This document shows, in pieces, positions 27,131-40,372 of a DNA stretch of 64,000 bases. This stretch comes from Chrysomallon squamiferum (Eukaryota; Animalia; Mollusca): NCBI GenBank assembly GCA_012295275.1, contig CM022677.1, positions 15,872,001 through 15,936,000 of the forward strand, written 5' to 3'. The notes under the pieces are model-generated. The model was not told the origin of the DNA. It worked only from the letters and a program-made list of their open reading frames with translations, and made no database searches. How positions within the stretch are numbered: position 1 is the first letter of the stretch; each line of letters begins with the position of its first letter. The position numbers were made by a program, and so were the translations under genes.

Positions 27131-27987
27131 GGAAAATGAAATACGTATGGAGGAAGAAACTGTTCAGTTGTACACTAAAATTATTTTCATCAAAGTAATA
27201 CAAATAGATTAAAACTGTTGTGATCAAACAACTACAAACTGTAAGAGATTAAAACTGTTCTTGTTAGACCTGTAACAAAGTCTTTGATCAAACCACTGCA
27301 AAAGTTTCACAGATTAAAACATTTGAACTATCAGACAGCGGTTCAGAAAATAACTAAATTGGATTTGAATCTACTTTACATGATATCTCAGAGATCAATG
27401 TGGAATTGCGTACAGCTGAGAAGTGATAAAAATAAAGAATTGTTTGATTTATTTATTTATTATTATTTCATTTTTATTTTGTTTATTATTTTATTTTATT
27501 CTTGTTCAAAGTCATAAATAAAAATCAGAAAAATAAAACTTAAAATTTTATGTCTATGTCTATGCATATTCTATTCCATTTCGTATTTTAGATGTGTTTT
27601 CAAAGTTTTCTTTGAACTGACCTACGTGAGGACAAAAATAACACTTTAGAATTATTTTTATTGCAGAAAAACCTGGCACAGTAGGAAAGAGAATGAAAAC
27701 ATTAATGAGATGGAAAGTGAAATCTAAATTACGACTATCTTTGGTGTTACAATTTCTTTCATTGTCTGCTGTCTTAAATTCACTATCTTTAAAATTATGT
27801 TCGGTCCTTTAAAAATCAAGTTTGTGAACAGATAATTCTTATCCTGTAGTAAAGATAAAATTTAAAAAAGATGAATATTATAATATTTTAAATGCGTGGG
27901 ATAAATTTTGAATATAAAATAGCTTAGTTATCTAAATAAGGAACTAACAAATACGTTACCACGTTTTATTTGTTAAAAATTCATCTT

Positions 27988-29517
27988 CTACTCGAGTGAA
28001 TGTATGGAACATGGCCATCTAAATATTTGCTCCTTTTCTCGAATCCAGTAAGTTGCTACCCATTTAGAGCCAATAAGAACTGGACAAGCTGCGTGCTTTG
28101 TTTTAGGGTTTGGTTTGCCATTACGATGTAAATTATACCAAAACGCTGCTGCACCTTTCTCAGGTGATATTCTTACACCAAGATAGGGGAAAACTGTCGC
28201 ACCTCCTTCTTCTACGTTACTCATATAGATTAACCAAGTGGCAATTCTGTTTCCGTACATTGCAATACCTTCAACGTCATCTATGTAGTCCCTGTGAAGT
28301 TCATAGTACCCGCCTACTCCATAGTTTGCCACCTGCAACATTTCCGAGCTTTCCATCAATAGACCTGTGATCGCTTCAACTCTTTTCTGGATTTTCAAAT
28401 CTGCGGTTGTCTCTGTTTTGCTCAGAAAGACGTGCTTGCTAATTCTGAATCTCGAAATGAACTTTTTACCATCGACAACAATACGAGCTTTCTCTAAAAG
28501 TGGATTAGAGACTGTTTTAATTTCATCAATTTCCCTCTCGCTGACAATATCATGATAGACGATTATTGTCGGTGAAATATGAAGAATCTCCTCTTTCGCT
28601 GGCTGCAAAACTAGGAATGGATGGTTATTATTATTGTTGTAGTAACATTTCAGCTTTTGTTTATTTTGAATTTGAATTTTTTCTTTCCCTCGACATAGAG
28701 AAGTGCAACCCTCATACTCTTCAGAGATGCTTTTTTGGACATTCCTTTTGTTTTTGTCGTTTAGAAATTCCCTATATTTTGCCCTTCTGTCGCGAGCTTT
28801 CTGGAGATAAGGACCTAAATATAATTGTTCAATTGTAAGTCTCAAAGCTTCTTTTATGTCTCCTTCCTTTTCTCTACCATGTATTGCATATTCAAGAAGT
28901 TCTAACCGAGACACACTTTGAATCTTTTCAGTTCTTTCTTTATTAAGTGCTATTTCCATCCAAATATATAAATATCTATACTCTGTTAAATTGTAGGCTA
29001 GCAGGCCTAGATGATAACAGTCTTCTGAAGATAAAGCATGTATATATCGTTCTGTAATAAAACCTTCTGCCAATCTTGTAGCAATTAATTTGTATGTGTC
29101 TTGAACACGAAACATAACTGCAGCTACCCCTTTCAAGTCTTCGTAGTTAGGAAGATTTTTACGTATCTCGTTTATTTTAAGTGTATATAATTCAGACGTG
29201 TTTCCTAAAATTATTGGTGCTACATGTCGATCCCAGTCCAAAGTAAAACGTTTAACAAATAGAAACGCACCAATTGGATTGAAAATATAACGTACTGGGT
29301 CTTCTCTTGCCTTCCAGCTGTGTTGTTCCATGTTATCTGAAATTGTATTCAGTTTTCTCCATTTGTTTTCTTCAGCAGTTGTACGTGCTAGTTTTCTTAT
29401 AGTTATTGCCAAATCTCTTTCATCGTGTAGTGCGTTGTAGAGATGAGATGTCGATGAAAAGAGATTTGAGTTCGCGACTGGAATCAGCAATAACAAAATC
29501 AGAAAGTTGTGATACAT
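27988..29517 (-). CDS. P4HA: Prolyl 4-hydroxylase alpha subunit-like, intronless, 509 aa
   Basis: Signal peptide, P4Ha_N region (NPIGAFLFVKRF; RVQDTYKL), TPR-like PSB region, CRG..LKC, QVANYGVGGYY, HRD, GNRIAT, GGATVFP, HAACPVLIGSKW and final PC. Confidence 0.95.
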   Translation of the reverse strand: MYHNFLILLLLIPVANSNLFSSTSHLYNALHDERDLAITIRKLARTTAEENKWRKLNTISDNMEQHSWKAREDPVRYIFNPIGAFLFVKRFTLDWDRHVAPIILGNTSELYTLKINEIRKNLPNYEDLKGVAAVMFRVQDTYKLIATRLAEGFITERYIHALSSEDCYHLGLLAYNLTEYRYLYIWMEIALNKERTEKIQSVSRLELLEYAIHGREKEGDIKEALRLTIEQLYLGPYLQKARDRRAKYREFLNDKNKRNVQKSISEEYEGCTSLCRGKEKIQIQNKQKLKCYYNNNNNHPFLVLQPAKEEILHISPTIIVYHDIVSEREIDEIKTVSNPLLEKARIVVDGKKFISRFRISKHVFLSKTETTADLKIQKRVEAITGLLMESSEMLQVANYGVGGYYELHRDYIDDVEGIAMYGNRIATWLIYMSNVEEGGATVFPYLGVRISPEKGAAAFWYNLHRNGKPNPKTKHAACPVLIGSKWVATYWIREKEQIFRWPCSIHSLE

Positions 29518-29830
29518 ATCTCTTCGTTTAGAATAGAATTATTTTGGTGAATTGTTTAGAGAAAAATACAATGAAACGATGAAACAAGTCGTATTTCCAT
29601 ATGTGTTGTTTTTCAATGACAAAAATGACGAGAAAAGTATTACTTTAAAATTAATTTTATGGCTGGAGAACCTGTTACAGTATTAATGCAATTAAACAAA
29701 TTAAGACACATTAACGATAATAAAGTGCGAAGAAGTCTGTTTTCTTCCAGGATTTTTTATTTCTAGAAGTCGGATAAACAATCCTGTACCTACCCTGTTA
29801 GAGAAACTCGTCAGAGAACCTCGTATGTTC

Positions 29831-29872
29831 CACTGGCATCATCAACAACAACATGAGAAAGTTCTGCCACAT
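29831..29872 (-). pseudogene. P4H 5' relic (start codon and signal peptide only)
   Basis: Reads MWQNFLMLLLMMPV, then unrelated sequence with a stop; preceded by the conserved P4H upstream motif at ~29930-30080. Confidence 0.75.
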
Positions 29873-30974
29873 ACTTCTTCTTTTACTACATAAGTATTTG
29901 GGTGAATTGTCGAGATACCTTTTAGAGGGGTATACTTAAAGGAAGTGCTTTTAATTAAGCAATGAAGCACGCCATATTTTAGATGTGTTTTCAAAGTCTT
30001 TTGTTTTGAACTAACATAAGTAACAATGAAAATATCACTTTCAAATTCATTTTATAGGTGAAAAAACCGATACAGTAATAACGTTATTAATTAAAAAAAA
30101 AAAAAAAAAATGAAATGAGGTTGGTAATGTATATACATACAAAAGTAATAATAATAGATAAGAAAAAAGTAAATTATGGGTCTATTGTTTCTCTGTTCCG
30201 TTACAATCATCATTATTATTTTTTAAATTATATTTTACTGTTCTTTACTAATTTCAATCTAGTTTTGACTTAAAATGTTGTTTCCAAAATATGGTGACTT
30301 TTGTAAAATGATCGAACTATTAAATGTATAATGAGGATATCTAACTTAAGTTTTCCTCATGTATCATGAGTAAAAAATACAGAAAACCAACAAACCAAAA
30401 CAAAACAAACAAACAATGGGAGCACTGAATGTTAGAATATTACCAGTGTTATAGATTTAAAGATATCAATGAATATTCATGTTATGAAAAGTATTTTAAG
30501 TACATATTCAGCCTCGCAGTTCCGCGTATTATTCGGAATATTGGAGAAGAACACAGATAGAGAATGAACTTAACAAGTTAGAAGATTTAAAATATGTTCC
30601 GGTACCAAGATGTGGTCACAGACCGGTTATCGGATTAAGTAGCAGACTGTGTCTAAAAAAAATCTCAGAGAGAGAGAGAGAGAGCGAGAAAATGGCGATA
30701 ACAAAAACACACTAAGTTGGATTACAATTCTAAAATAATTCTTATTTGATCTCGTTTTCGAGTTTTAATTCTTTATTACTTGTCATTGCATCAGATGTCT
30801 CAGTAATAAAATTAACTTAGAAATATTTTAATTTTTTTTAGTTCACTCATATTAATTCAGAGAAATAGAATACGTTGAAAACACATCTGCATTATGTACA
30901 TTTTAGTGAAGCATTCGACTCTAAAAAAAGTATTTGAAATTTCAGAAAAACAATATTATTCTATACAAACAGAC

Positions 30975-32504
30975 ATGTATCAGAACTTTCTCACGTTGCT
31001 GTTGATGATGTTAGTTGCGAACTCACATCTCTTTTTGTCGACATCACATCTGTATAACGCACTAAACGATGAAAGAAATTTGGCAATAACTATAAGAAAA
31101 TTAGCACGTACAATTGTTGAAGTAAACAAATGGAGAAAACTAAATACAATTTCAGATAAAATGGAAGAACACAGCTTGAATGCAAGAGAAGACCCAGTAC
31201 GTTATATTTTCAATACAATTGGTGCGTATTTATTTGTTAAATGTTTTACTTTGGACTGGGATCGAGAAGTAGCACCAGTAATTTTAGGAATCAAGTCTAA
31301 ATTACATACACTTAAAATATAAAACATACGCAAAAATCTTCCTAACTACGAAGACTTGGAAGGTGTAGCTGCAGCTATGTTTCGTCTTCAAGACACGTAC
31401 AAATTAAATGCGACAAGATTGGCAGAGGGTTTTATTAATGAACGATATATACATGCTTTATCTTCAGAAGACTGTTATCATCTAGGCCTGCTAGCCTACA
31501 ATTTAACAGAGTATCGATATTTATATATTTGGATGGAAATAGCCCTTAATAAAGAAAGAACTGGAAAGATTCAAAGTGTGTGTAAGGTAGAAATTATTGA
31601 ATATGCAATATTCGGAAGAGAAATGGAAGGAGACATAAAAGAAGCCTTGAAACTTACAAACGAACAGTTACATTTAGATCCTTATCTCCAGAAAGCACTC
31701 GACAGAAGAACTAAATATACAGAATTTCTAAACGGTAAGAAGAAAACAAATGGCCAAAAAATGAAGTCTCAAGAAGATATGATTTACACTTCTCTATGTT
31801 GTGGTAAAGAAGAAATTAAAATTCGAAATAAAGACGAGCTGAAATGTTACTACAATAATAATAATAAACATCCGTTGCTAGTTTTGAAGCCAGCCGAAGA
31901 GGAAATTCTTCATATTTCACCGCCTGTAGTTGTCTATCACGATATTGTGAGCGACAGAGAAATTGAGGAAATTAAAACAGTCTCGAATCCACGTTTAGTA
32001 AAAGGTCATGTAATTGTTGATGGGAAAAAGTTAATTTCGAGACTGAGAATTATCAAAAGTGTGTTTCTATTTTCGACTGAGACAACCGCCGATTTGAAAA
32101 TCCAGAAAAGAGTTGAAGCGATCACAGGTCTATCGATGAAAAGCTCGGAAATGTTGCAGGTTGGAAACTATGGAATAGGTGGGTTCCAGAAACTTCATGG
32201 AGACTACATGGATGACACTGAAAGTAATTCGACGGAAGGAAACCGAATTGCCACATGTTTAATCTACATGAGTAACGTAGAAGAAGGAGGTGCAACAGTT
32301 TTCCCCTATCTTGGCGTAAGAATATTACCTGAAAAAGGTTCAGCAGTGTTTTGGTATAATTTATATCGTAATGGCAAACCAGACATCAAAACAAGACATG
32401 CGGTTTGTCCAGTTCTTGTCGATTCCAAATGGGTATCAACTTACTGGATTCGAGAGAAGGGACAAATATTTAGACGGCCATGGTCCATAAATTCATACGA
32501 TTAG
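30975..32504 (+). pseudogene. P4HA: P4H alpha-like pseudogene with a single in-frame TAA
   Basis: ATG at 30975 and 1530 nt in one frame; TAA at 31320-31322 replaces AAC (KIN to KI*). Further decay: CRG to CCG, VGSKW to VDSKW, terminal RPC to RPW. Confidence 0.9.
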
Positions 32505-33022
32505 GAGATGCACCTTTAATTACGAAAACATGCGGTAGCATGCATCTTTTTGCTTGTGTAAGTGAAACTTATTCCGGCTACTTTTTATTTAAAATTGATG
32601 TCAGCCATTTAAAATGTTACTCTTATTTGGTTTTATTGAAATGATCGTCATGGTGAACATTAATAAATGTTGTTTTCTAGTTAAATTTCGTTTGGTTGCT
32701 TCAGTAACGAAAGACTGTTGAAGTGGAGCTTTGACTGTTAATGAAGGTACTTTGTTATGTAAAACGTAGGCGGTGTGGCATTAAGGTGACAAGAAATGAT
32801 TTAGTGTGACATTGTTCTAGACAATTCGCAGAAGTAATAGTTTATACCTATCTGAAGCGTTTAATTTGTTAACCACTCTGATTGGATTGGAAAGCAGTAT
32901 TCAGCATCAGGTTCTGGATATTTTTTTTATGTTTTGTTGTTGTTTTTCTCGTGTAACCAATACTTGAATGTCAGCAGACACAGTGATTGTATCTTCAGCA
33001 TGTTTCTTTTGCTAAGCATTTC

Positions 33023-33080
<58 letters not shown>

Positions 33081-33157
33081 GTAGTAGTATGGTAGTAGTA
33101 GTAGTCTTAGTTGTAGCAGTAGTAGTAGTAATAGTAATAATGGTGATGATGATGATG

Positions 33158-33216
<59 letters not shown>

Positions 33217-34364
33217 AAGAAGAAGAAGAAGACGGAGAAGAAATACTATCTGTAACAAACTTTAAATGGAGTTCCATGATGGTTTACAGCACCTCTGAAT
33301 AGCAAAATATAAGATTAATGATACATACACAGTTAATTAAATTATTCTTGCGACAGATGTTTGCATAATATGACATTTATATTAAATACTATTTTAGTCG
33401 GAATAATTTTAATTTGAAGAAAAGAACAGAAAAATGATTTTTGTTTCATTATATAAATTATCTTTAAGCAAGCGTCTTTGAATTTTTTTTTAAATTTTTT
33501 TTTTTTTTTTAAATATTTTTGTTATTTTATTTTTTGTATTTTATTATTATAATTATTTTGATAATAATTATATTCTGGGATAAATTAAATTGACAATAGT
33601 GTAAAATCTTAAACTAACGGACATTAATTCCTATTGATTCTCTGCTCAGAGAAAAACCCTCAATAAAAAAAGAAAAAAGTTAAGAAATAAATAAATAAAT
33701 AATAAAAAATAAATAAATGAATGAAAATAAAAGTCTACAATAAAAAATATCACAAAACAAACGAGAACAACAAAGAAACGAATTAAAGACAACAACGTCT
33801 TATATCTGTAATAACCTTTGTTGAGAAGAGCGCCAGCTGACCTGTATTTCTGGGGTCGTGAAGACTGAACAATTATGGGGTAATTACTCTTATCACTTCG
33901 TGTGTGTGTGTGTGTGTGTGTGTGTGTTCAGAAATAATGAATACATGAAAATAAAACAGTCAGTGTTTCCATGACAGGATATAATCATTTAGACAATTCT
34001 GAGGTTTTGATTAAAATTTGGGTGAAAAATGTAGTAAAGTCGCTCATGGGACTCGTCTGGGATTTGGGGCTTGGAAATGTAATCATCATTAGTTTCATAA
34101 TAGACATGTCCCTGACTCCTGGTTCTCGTGGTTAATTTGTTTCTGTCAACAAAGAACCAGTGTCTGTTCCTATATTTGTTACAGTTTCGAAAGTGAAGAT
34201 GTCGGTTAGTTCTCGGTAGCAGTGTGTGATGCTTTATGAACTTTCATATTATTTGACAGCTTATTTACTTTTGGAACACGAAATATAATCTAGTATATGT
34301 GATTATACTGCTAATCCGATCAATACATTTTTTCTTTCTTTCTTTCTTTATTTATTAATATTAA

Positions 34365-34399
<35 letters not shown>

Positions 34400-34554
34400 G
34401 TATTAGTATTAGTATTAGTATTAGTATTAGTATTAATAGTAGTAGTAGTAGTAGTAGTATATCCAGTAATAGGTCAAGTATTTGTTCTCCGAAGAAAGAA
34501 AAAGAAAAAAAAAAAAAAAAAAAAAAATTCATGGAATATTGTTTAATAATTTAC

Positions 34555-34609
<55 letters not shown>

Positions 34610-34863
34610 ACATACAGCAACGCACAATTTTAATGTGTAAGTCAAGAAACTGATACGATAAAACATTTTACTGAATGCAGTAAACGTATGGTCTAAAAAA
34701 TAAAATAAAATAAAATAAAACAAAATGTAAAAATAAAATTCCATATTCATTTATGTTCTAATATGAAAATTGTTAGTGCTACTACTACTACTACTACAAC
34801 TACTATTACAACCAATACCACTACAATGTACAGTACCAACATTATTATGATTACTACCAGTGC

Positions 34864-34933
<70 letters not shown>

Positions 34934-34963
34934 GTTTTTTTATTTATTCTATTTTCCATTGAC

Positions 34964-35021
<58 letters not shown>

Positions 35022-36840
35022 TAATTATAACGACAGCAATAATCATGTTGTGCTCGTAATCTTATGGTGGAAGTTACTGTAGAGGTTTCGTATCAATATC
35101 CGGTAAGAAAAGCAGACGACAGTTTTTACGTTTTATAAACGTGTTTTCTTACTACATCTGTTTGATTTGCATCCTCATGTAAGTAACATTCCATATTTTG
35201 AACATGCATGCTTATTTATTTTTGAGCAGATTGTTCGAAAGATAAGCTTTATATATTTCAAAAATATTTGTTAATAATTCAAAGTTCGAGATTATAATAT
35301 ATTTTGGCTGATTTTTTTCTTGCTGTCTTTCTTCCTTTTTAAATTGAATTCTTTTAAAATAAATAAATAAATAAATATAAAGACCAAACTTAACAATGAA
35401 TCTATTTACGTAGTAATAATTTAGAAGTTTAGGAAAGCAAATATCAGAATTTATTCAATACATTTCTAGTCATGAAATAATGGTTTGAAATAGTGTCGAT
35501 TTTTAAAATGTTTTTGGCTGTATTCTTCAAAATCGTAACACGCAGGCAATAATGTCCACTAATATATGGACAATCTTAATCATAAACATTTGACTATAAA
35601 TACTTGGTGTAAAGTTTAAATGGTACAAAATATATCTTCTGTGATTTTCCACTGGTGTTAGAAATATTTAATATGCACCAAAGGCACCATCCACAATGTT
35701 TATTTTCACAAAATGACTTAAAGAAAGAAAGTCTTATGTAAATAAACTGAGTGAAAGCAAAATAGCCATATCTTTTGTCACAAACAGTCATAATGCTTAA
35801 CAGTGGGAAGCTTTTTTTATTGTTCTGCTCAGTGGTTTGCCATACACTTACATTATCTTTACAAAACACATTTATCAGTACACCACATAATTGTGCTGGA
35901 CATTTTTTTAGTTTTTCAGTTTACCTTTATTATGTTTATTTCAAATGTATGATCATGTATTGATTATTTATAGGTTTATGTAAATCTTCAACTGTTTCCT
36001 TTCTTAATTAATCCCTGATTATTATTTTTGAATTTACCTAATTTTGCAGCATGATTTTGGTCTAAAGATCACAGAACCCTTATAAACAAAATAATACACA
36101 CCCAAAAATAAACTTAAAAACCAATAATTAAAAAAATAAAAAACAAAAAAAATGAAACCCAGTTGAAAAAACAAACAAAACTGTAATTCACATTTTAATA
36201 GTTGTTCTACTAGTATGATTATACCATTATTATTGTGTTTATAAAGATGAAAAATAATAATAATAATAATTTAGAAAATATACATAAATACACTAAAATA
36301 AATTAATAACAGCAACAAAACAATTTGATAATGATTAAAATAAATAAAAAATAAATAAAAATTAAGATTCACAGATTATAAACACAGAGTCAAATTATCC
36401 AAGTCATACTGAAGAAATTTGTATAATAAATTTATAGCTGAAATTCTAATGTTCATACACAATCATCAGACTCAGTTTCAAATGAAACCTTTAAAGAAAT
36501 AAATATTCAGAAAATCTGTATAGATTGGGTATTGAGCTAGGCATTGGTAATATTAAAAATGTGATATCATTAATTAACTACTTCAATTAAAAAAAAGGTT
36601 TATACAAAATTTAATTATATTACTTGTTTGATCTATAATCTGTATTATATTTGATAAATAAGTTTCACTTTATGCTTTAGATAGATCACCATAAATGACA
36701 CTTGTGTTCTGGATTCATTAGTGAACCAAGTGGACATTTAAACTGATCAGCAAACTCCTTGGAGTTCGAAAGTGTCCCAATAACTCTGTAAAGAAAAATA
36801 AATAAGTAAATAAAAATCAACTGAAATAAATAAATGAATA

Positions 36841-36880
<40 letters not shown>

Positions 36881-37041
36881 AGAAATGAAAGAAAAGAAAA
36901 AAATCATTACACAAAATAGAATATATAAAAAGATTATAATAAAAGTTTAAATGGAAGTAAAGAAAATAAATGAACATTACCTTTATCTCAACAACAAAAA
37001 TATTCTTACTGTTGCCATATTTTTAATAATTATTTCTAACA

Positions 37042-37073
<32 letters not shown>

Positions 37074-38968
37074 TAAATTCTTACTATTTTTTTGTCATAT
37101 CACCATTATTATTATTGTTATTGTTGTTACTGTTGTTGTAGTTATTACTATTATTTAGAAAAATCTGTAGTATAATTTGATTAATCTGCATGTTACCTAA
37201 ACTTGTTAAGAGAATGTGGATCAACAATCATCTGATGTCGAGCACTGGCCGGAGTTATTTTAGAACACCACACCTGTACAAACAAAGAGCATAGAGTAAT
37301 TATATCAGTTATAAGTGCTGAGAGAAGCAGCTGGCAGGTTGTACTGTAGAGCCCAAGTGACTGGCTAAAGTGGGGGTTTTGACCATTTTGGGTAATGGCT
37401 GTATATCACATTTGCTGGAGCAGTTAGTGTCTGACTTGACACCAGTAACCTTTCTGTAATGGTAGAACCAGCCATGAAATCATCAAGGATATTTAACTAT
37501 TTCAATAAAATTAATAATTTCTGTAGTGTTCAATTAGATGAAAAAGAGATTTGGAAAAAATCCCAGGGAACATGTGGAAAGTGGAGAAAGTCTTTATTAT
37601 TAACATGCAATAGTAGTATCATGCAACAAATTAAAAAAAATATTAATCTTTAAACAATAATGAATAATATTCATTTTTTTGTAGTGTGTGTGTGTTTTAA
37701 CACTTTAATAAATTTGTTTTAAGTTTTATCCATTAATTCTAAATTGTCAGTTTGGTTGGCATTCCATTTCATGATATTTTTTGAAAATAGGTGATACACA
37801 AAGAAAGGTTATTCAAACACTGGCTCAAGTGTTAAGTGGATCTTACCTGAGCAAAGCTAAGAAAGAAAAGTCTGTGTGTGAAGTTTAGTCCAGGAAGAAG
37901 CTTTTCTCCTTTCCCTTCATCTAACCATGTTTCAAGAGCCTGTAATTTTGTATGTAAAATATGAATATTCCTTAAATAGATAAATAAATGAATAAATTGT
38001 GGTTATTTAAATTATATCTGAAATTACTACTATTCTTACTGCTGCTGCTGCTACAACATACTATTTGTATAGGTATCCCTTCCATGCAAATACTGAAATT
38101 TGTAGTATAATATTTCCTGTTAATAATAATTAATTATGGCACATTTTATCACAAACAGATATACTGATATGACTGGAAAGCTTTTGTATTGCTTTAGTAA
38201 GTATTATGTCATAACCTATCATTTTATAACACACCACAATTGTCATATATGTAGTTAACACTGCTACTACTATTATTGGAACTACTGTTGCTACTACTGC
38301 TGCTGCTGCTACTTCTACTGCTTGTTCTACTACTACTGCTACAATAACTACTACTACTATTACTAACTTTGTATCTTGCTTTCAATCCAACATTATCAGC
38401 AATATTTTCACGAAGTGTTTGTTTCCCTCTGATCTGAAATAAATAAGTTGAATGACACCTTGTGTATCTTTGTCTCAGTGTGTATGTTAGTGGCAGTATA
38501 TTTAATTTAGTATTATATATGTGTAAATATGTGGAGATACAACTAGATGAATACATATGTATATATGCATGGATAAGAATATAAGATAGCAAATCTACTT
38601 TGAATAACATTATGGGGTCATTCCATATTAAATAATCGAAGAAAATGAAAAAATTGAAATACAATGAATTCCATTTTCTCAAGTTCTGAAGGCCTCATTT
38701 CTTAAAGGATTGGTCTGATGAAGGTAAAATATGAACTATTTAGATAGTTGGCACCAAAACAAATAGCTATACCAAATTTTATAATCCATGAGAATAACTC
38801 TGTTCTTTCTACAAGTTGTTAACAACAAGCTATAATTTAATTTACATGTTCACCATCCATGTGATATTTTGAATACTGATCAACAAAGCATTGAGCCTTT
38901 TCAGTAAACTTAGATTTTGATTCTTTTTTCCACCAGTTCTTCAGATTTCCACTTTCTGAAATAAATAT

Positions 38969-39011
<43 letters not shown>

Positions 39012-39022
39012 TTCTATATATG

Positions 39023-39066
<44 letters not shown>

Positions 39067-40240
39067 CTCTGTAATCATCATCATCATCATCATCACTGTC
39101 ATTGCTATATCCTCCATCATCATGATTCATTATTTTTGTTTCATTGTTTCATTTTAAATAAATAAATATATTTTATATATTTATTTATAACTATTTTGAT
39201 TATTATTATTTTTTCTTTATTTATTTTATCATAATTTTATTTTTGTTGATGGTAATAATATATATATATATTTTTTTTAACAGAGTGCACTAACATTTTC
39301 AACAAACTTAGAATAAAAATGTACTGAAACTCAAACATGAATGTGATCATGACCATAACCTAGATATAAGAAAGAATATTGTAGGACTGCAGAGTGGTAT
39401 AGTGAACCTTTTCAGTATCAAGTTGGTGTCTTACAATAATTTTAGAAATACCAGGCTTTTCACTCTTCATGTTTTATTTGATCACAAAACTATTTCAAAC
39501 TGCAAAACATTTGCAAATCTAAATTACTAGCAGTATTAATGTCCTAAACCCCCAACTAAATAAATAAATTAATTAATTAATTATTAACAAAAACAACAAC
39601 AGTAACAATAATAACAATTCTGTTTTCAATAAAGTACATAATATCAAACTACTCTATATGTTTGATTTGATCATATGTTTCAATCTGGAGATTATTTAGA
39701 TACCTGGTATTAAATAAGAAACAATAATTAGTAAAGGTTTGAAACTTTAGAATATACTGATTATATAACTCACATTGGATAGTCTTGGCCATAGAATGGT
39801 GGCTGCAAAATGGCAGCTGGAAAGGCTGAAATGAAAAAAGAAAAAAGAAGAAAAATAAAAAATGAAAAAAGGTTAAATCTGAGGATATTCAATTCAAAGT
39901 TACATTGGTGCACATCAGCCATTACAACCAGTGCTTAGGCATTCTCCTGATCAAAGAAAACTGTTTTTGTCAGTTTTCACAGGCATTTGTTCATGACAGA
40001 CTTGTGGACATAGAAAACAGTTTAGCATAGTAATCTTTCTTTATGGTTTAGTCCTTCTGAATACCTTTCCTTTTCAAAAAAACTGAGACAGTCCTGAAGG
40101 TGAGAGTATTTGTTTCCAGTGCGTTCATTTCTTTTTTGTCTCATCCTCAAAGTGGTTGACCCAACACCTATTCTGGGTTAGGAAACATTCAATGAAATGG
40201 GCTTGATCTGCTTCAAAACAGTCTAAGTCTTGTCATGTTT
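32505..40240 (+). repeat. Segmental duplication block B, copy 2
   Basis: 32505-35110 matches 61399-64000; 32985-40240 matches 5630-13360 with internal deletions. Confidence 0.93.
36686..39825 (-). pseudogene. Neprilysin 3' fragment pseudogene (6 exons; HExxH exon deleted)
   Basis: Exons 39825-39774, 38955-38846 (15-nt deletion), 38433-38368 (GENIADNGG to RENIADNVG), 37939-37847 (3-nt deletion), 37273-37197 and 36785-36686. The segment equivalent to ~12021-12164 containing HEITH is absent at ~39253. No upstream exons. Confidence 0.92.
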
Positions 40241-40372
40241 TGATTAAACAAAACTCTTGTTGTCTGTTTTGACGGGCATTTGTTATTCACAGACTTGTGC
40301 ACGTGCAAAACAATTTACCATAGTAATCTTTGTTTATGGTTTAGTGCTTCTGAAGGTAATACCTTAGTTTTC
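39888..40372 (-). mobile_element. Mariner remnant, partly duplicated, at the end of the duplicated block
   Basis: 39888-40240 matches 13009-13360; 40246-40372 repeats the 13075-13200 portion. Confidence 0.8.

Larger units (their letters stand above)
25630..32480 (+). repeat. Segmental duplication block A, copy 1 (decayed NLS ORF, minus-strand P4H, divergent P4H pseudogene)
   Basis: Collinear with ~45098-53205: same gene order, shared spacers (e.g. ggtaccaagatgtggtcacagaccggttatcggattaagtagcagac) and the same premature TAA. Confidence 0.93.

Noticed and set aside
28110-28838. Short ORFs antisense to P4H genes, recurring at 48836-49564, 52847-53164, 57786-57968, 59877-60095 and elsewhere
   Set aside because: Shadow frames; their recurrence merely follows duplication of the sense gene.
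30894-30974. N-terminal extensions in the ORF track (30894 start; 44058 start for the 42511 gene)
   Set aside because: Homology with the paralogs places the starts at 30975 and 44037, immediately before the signal peptide.
31320-31322. Programmed stop-codon recoding (selenocysteine or readthrough) in the P4H pseudogenes
   Set aside because: The stop is TAA rather than TGA, the second copy has an additional frameshift, and the first has lost a conserved Cys.
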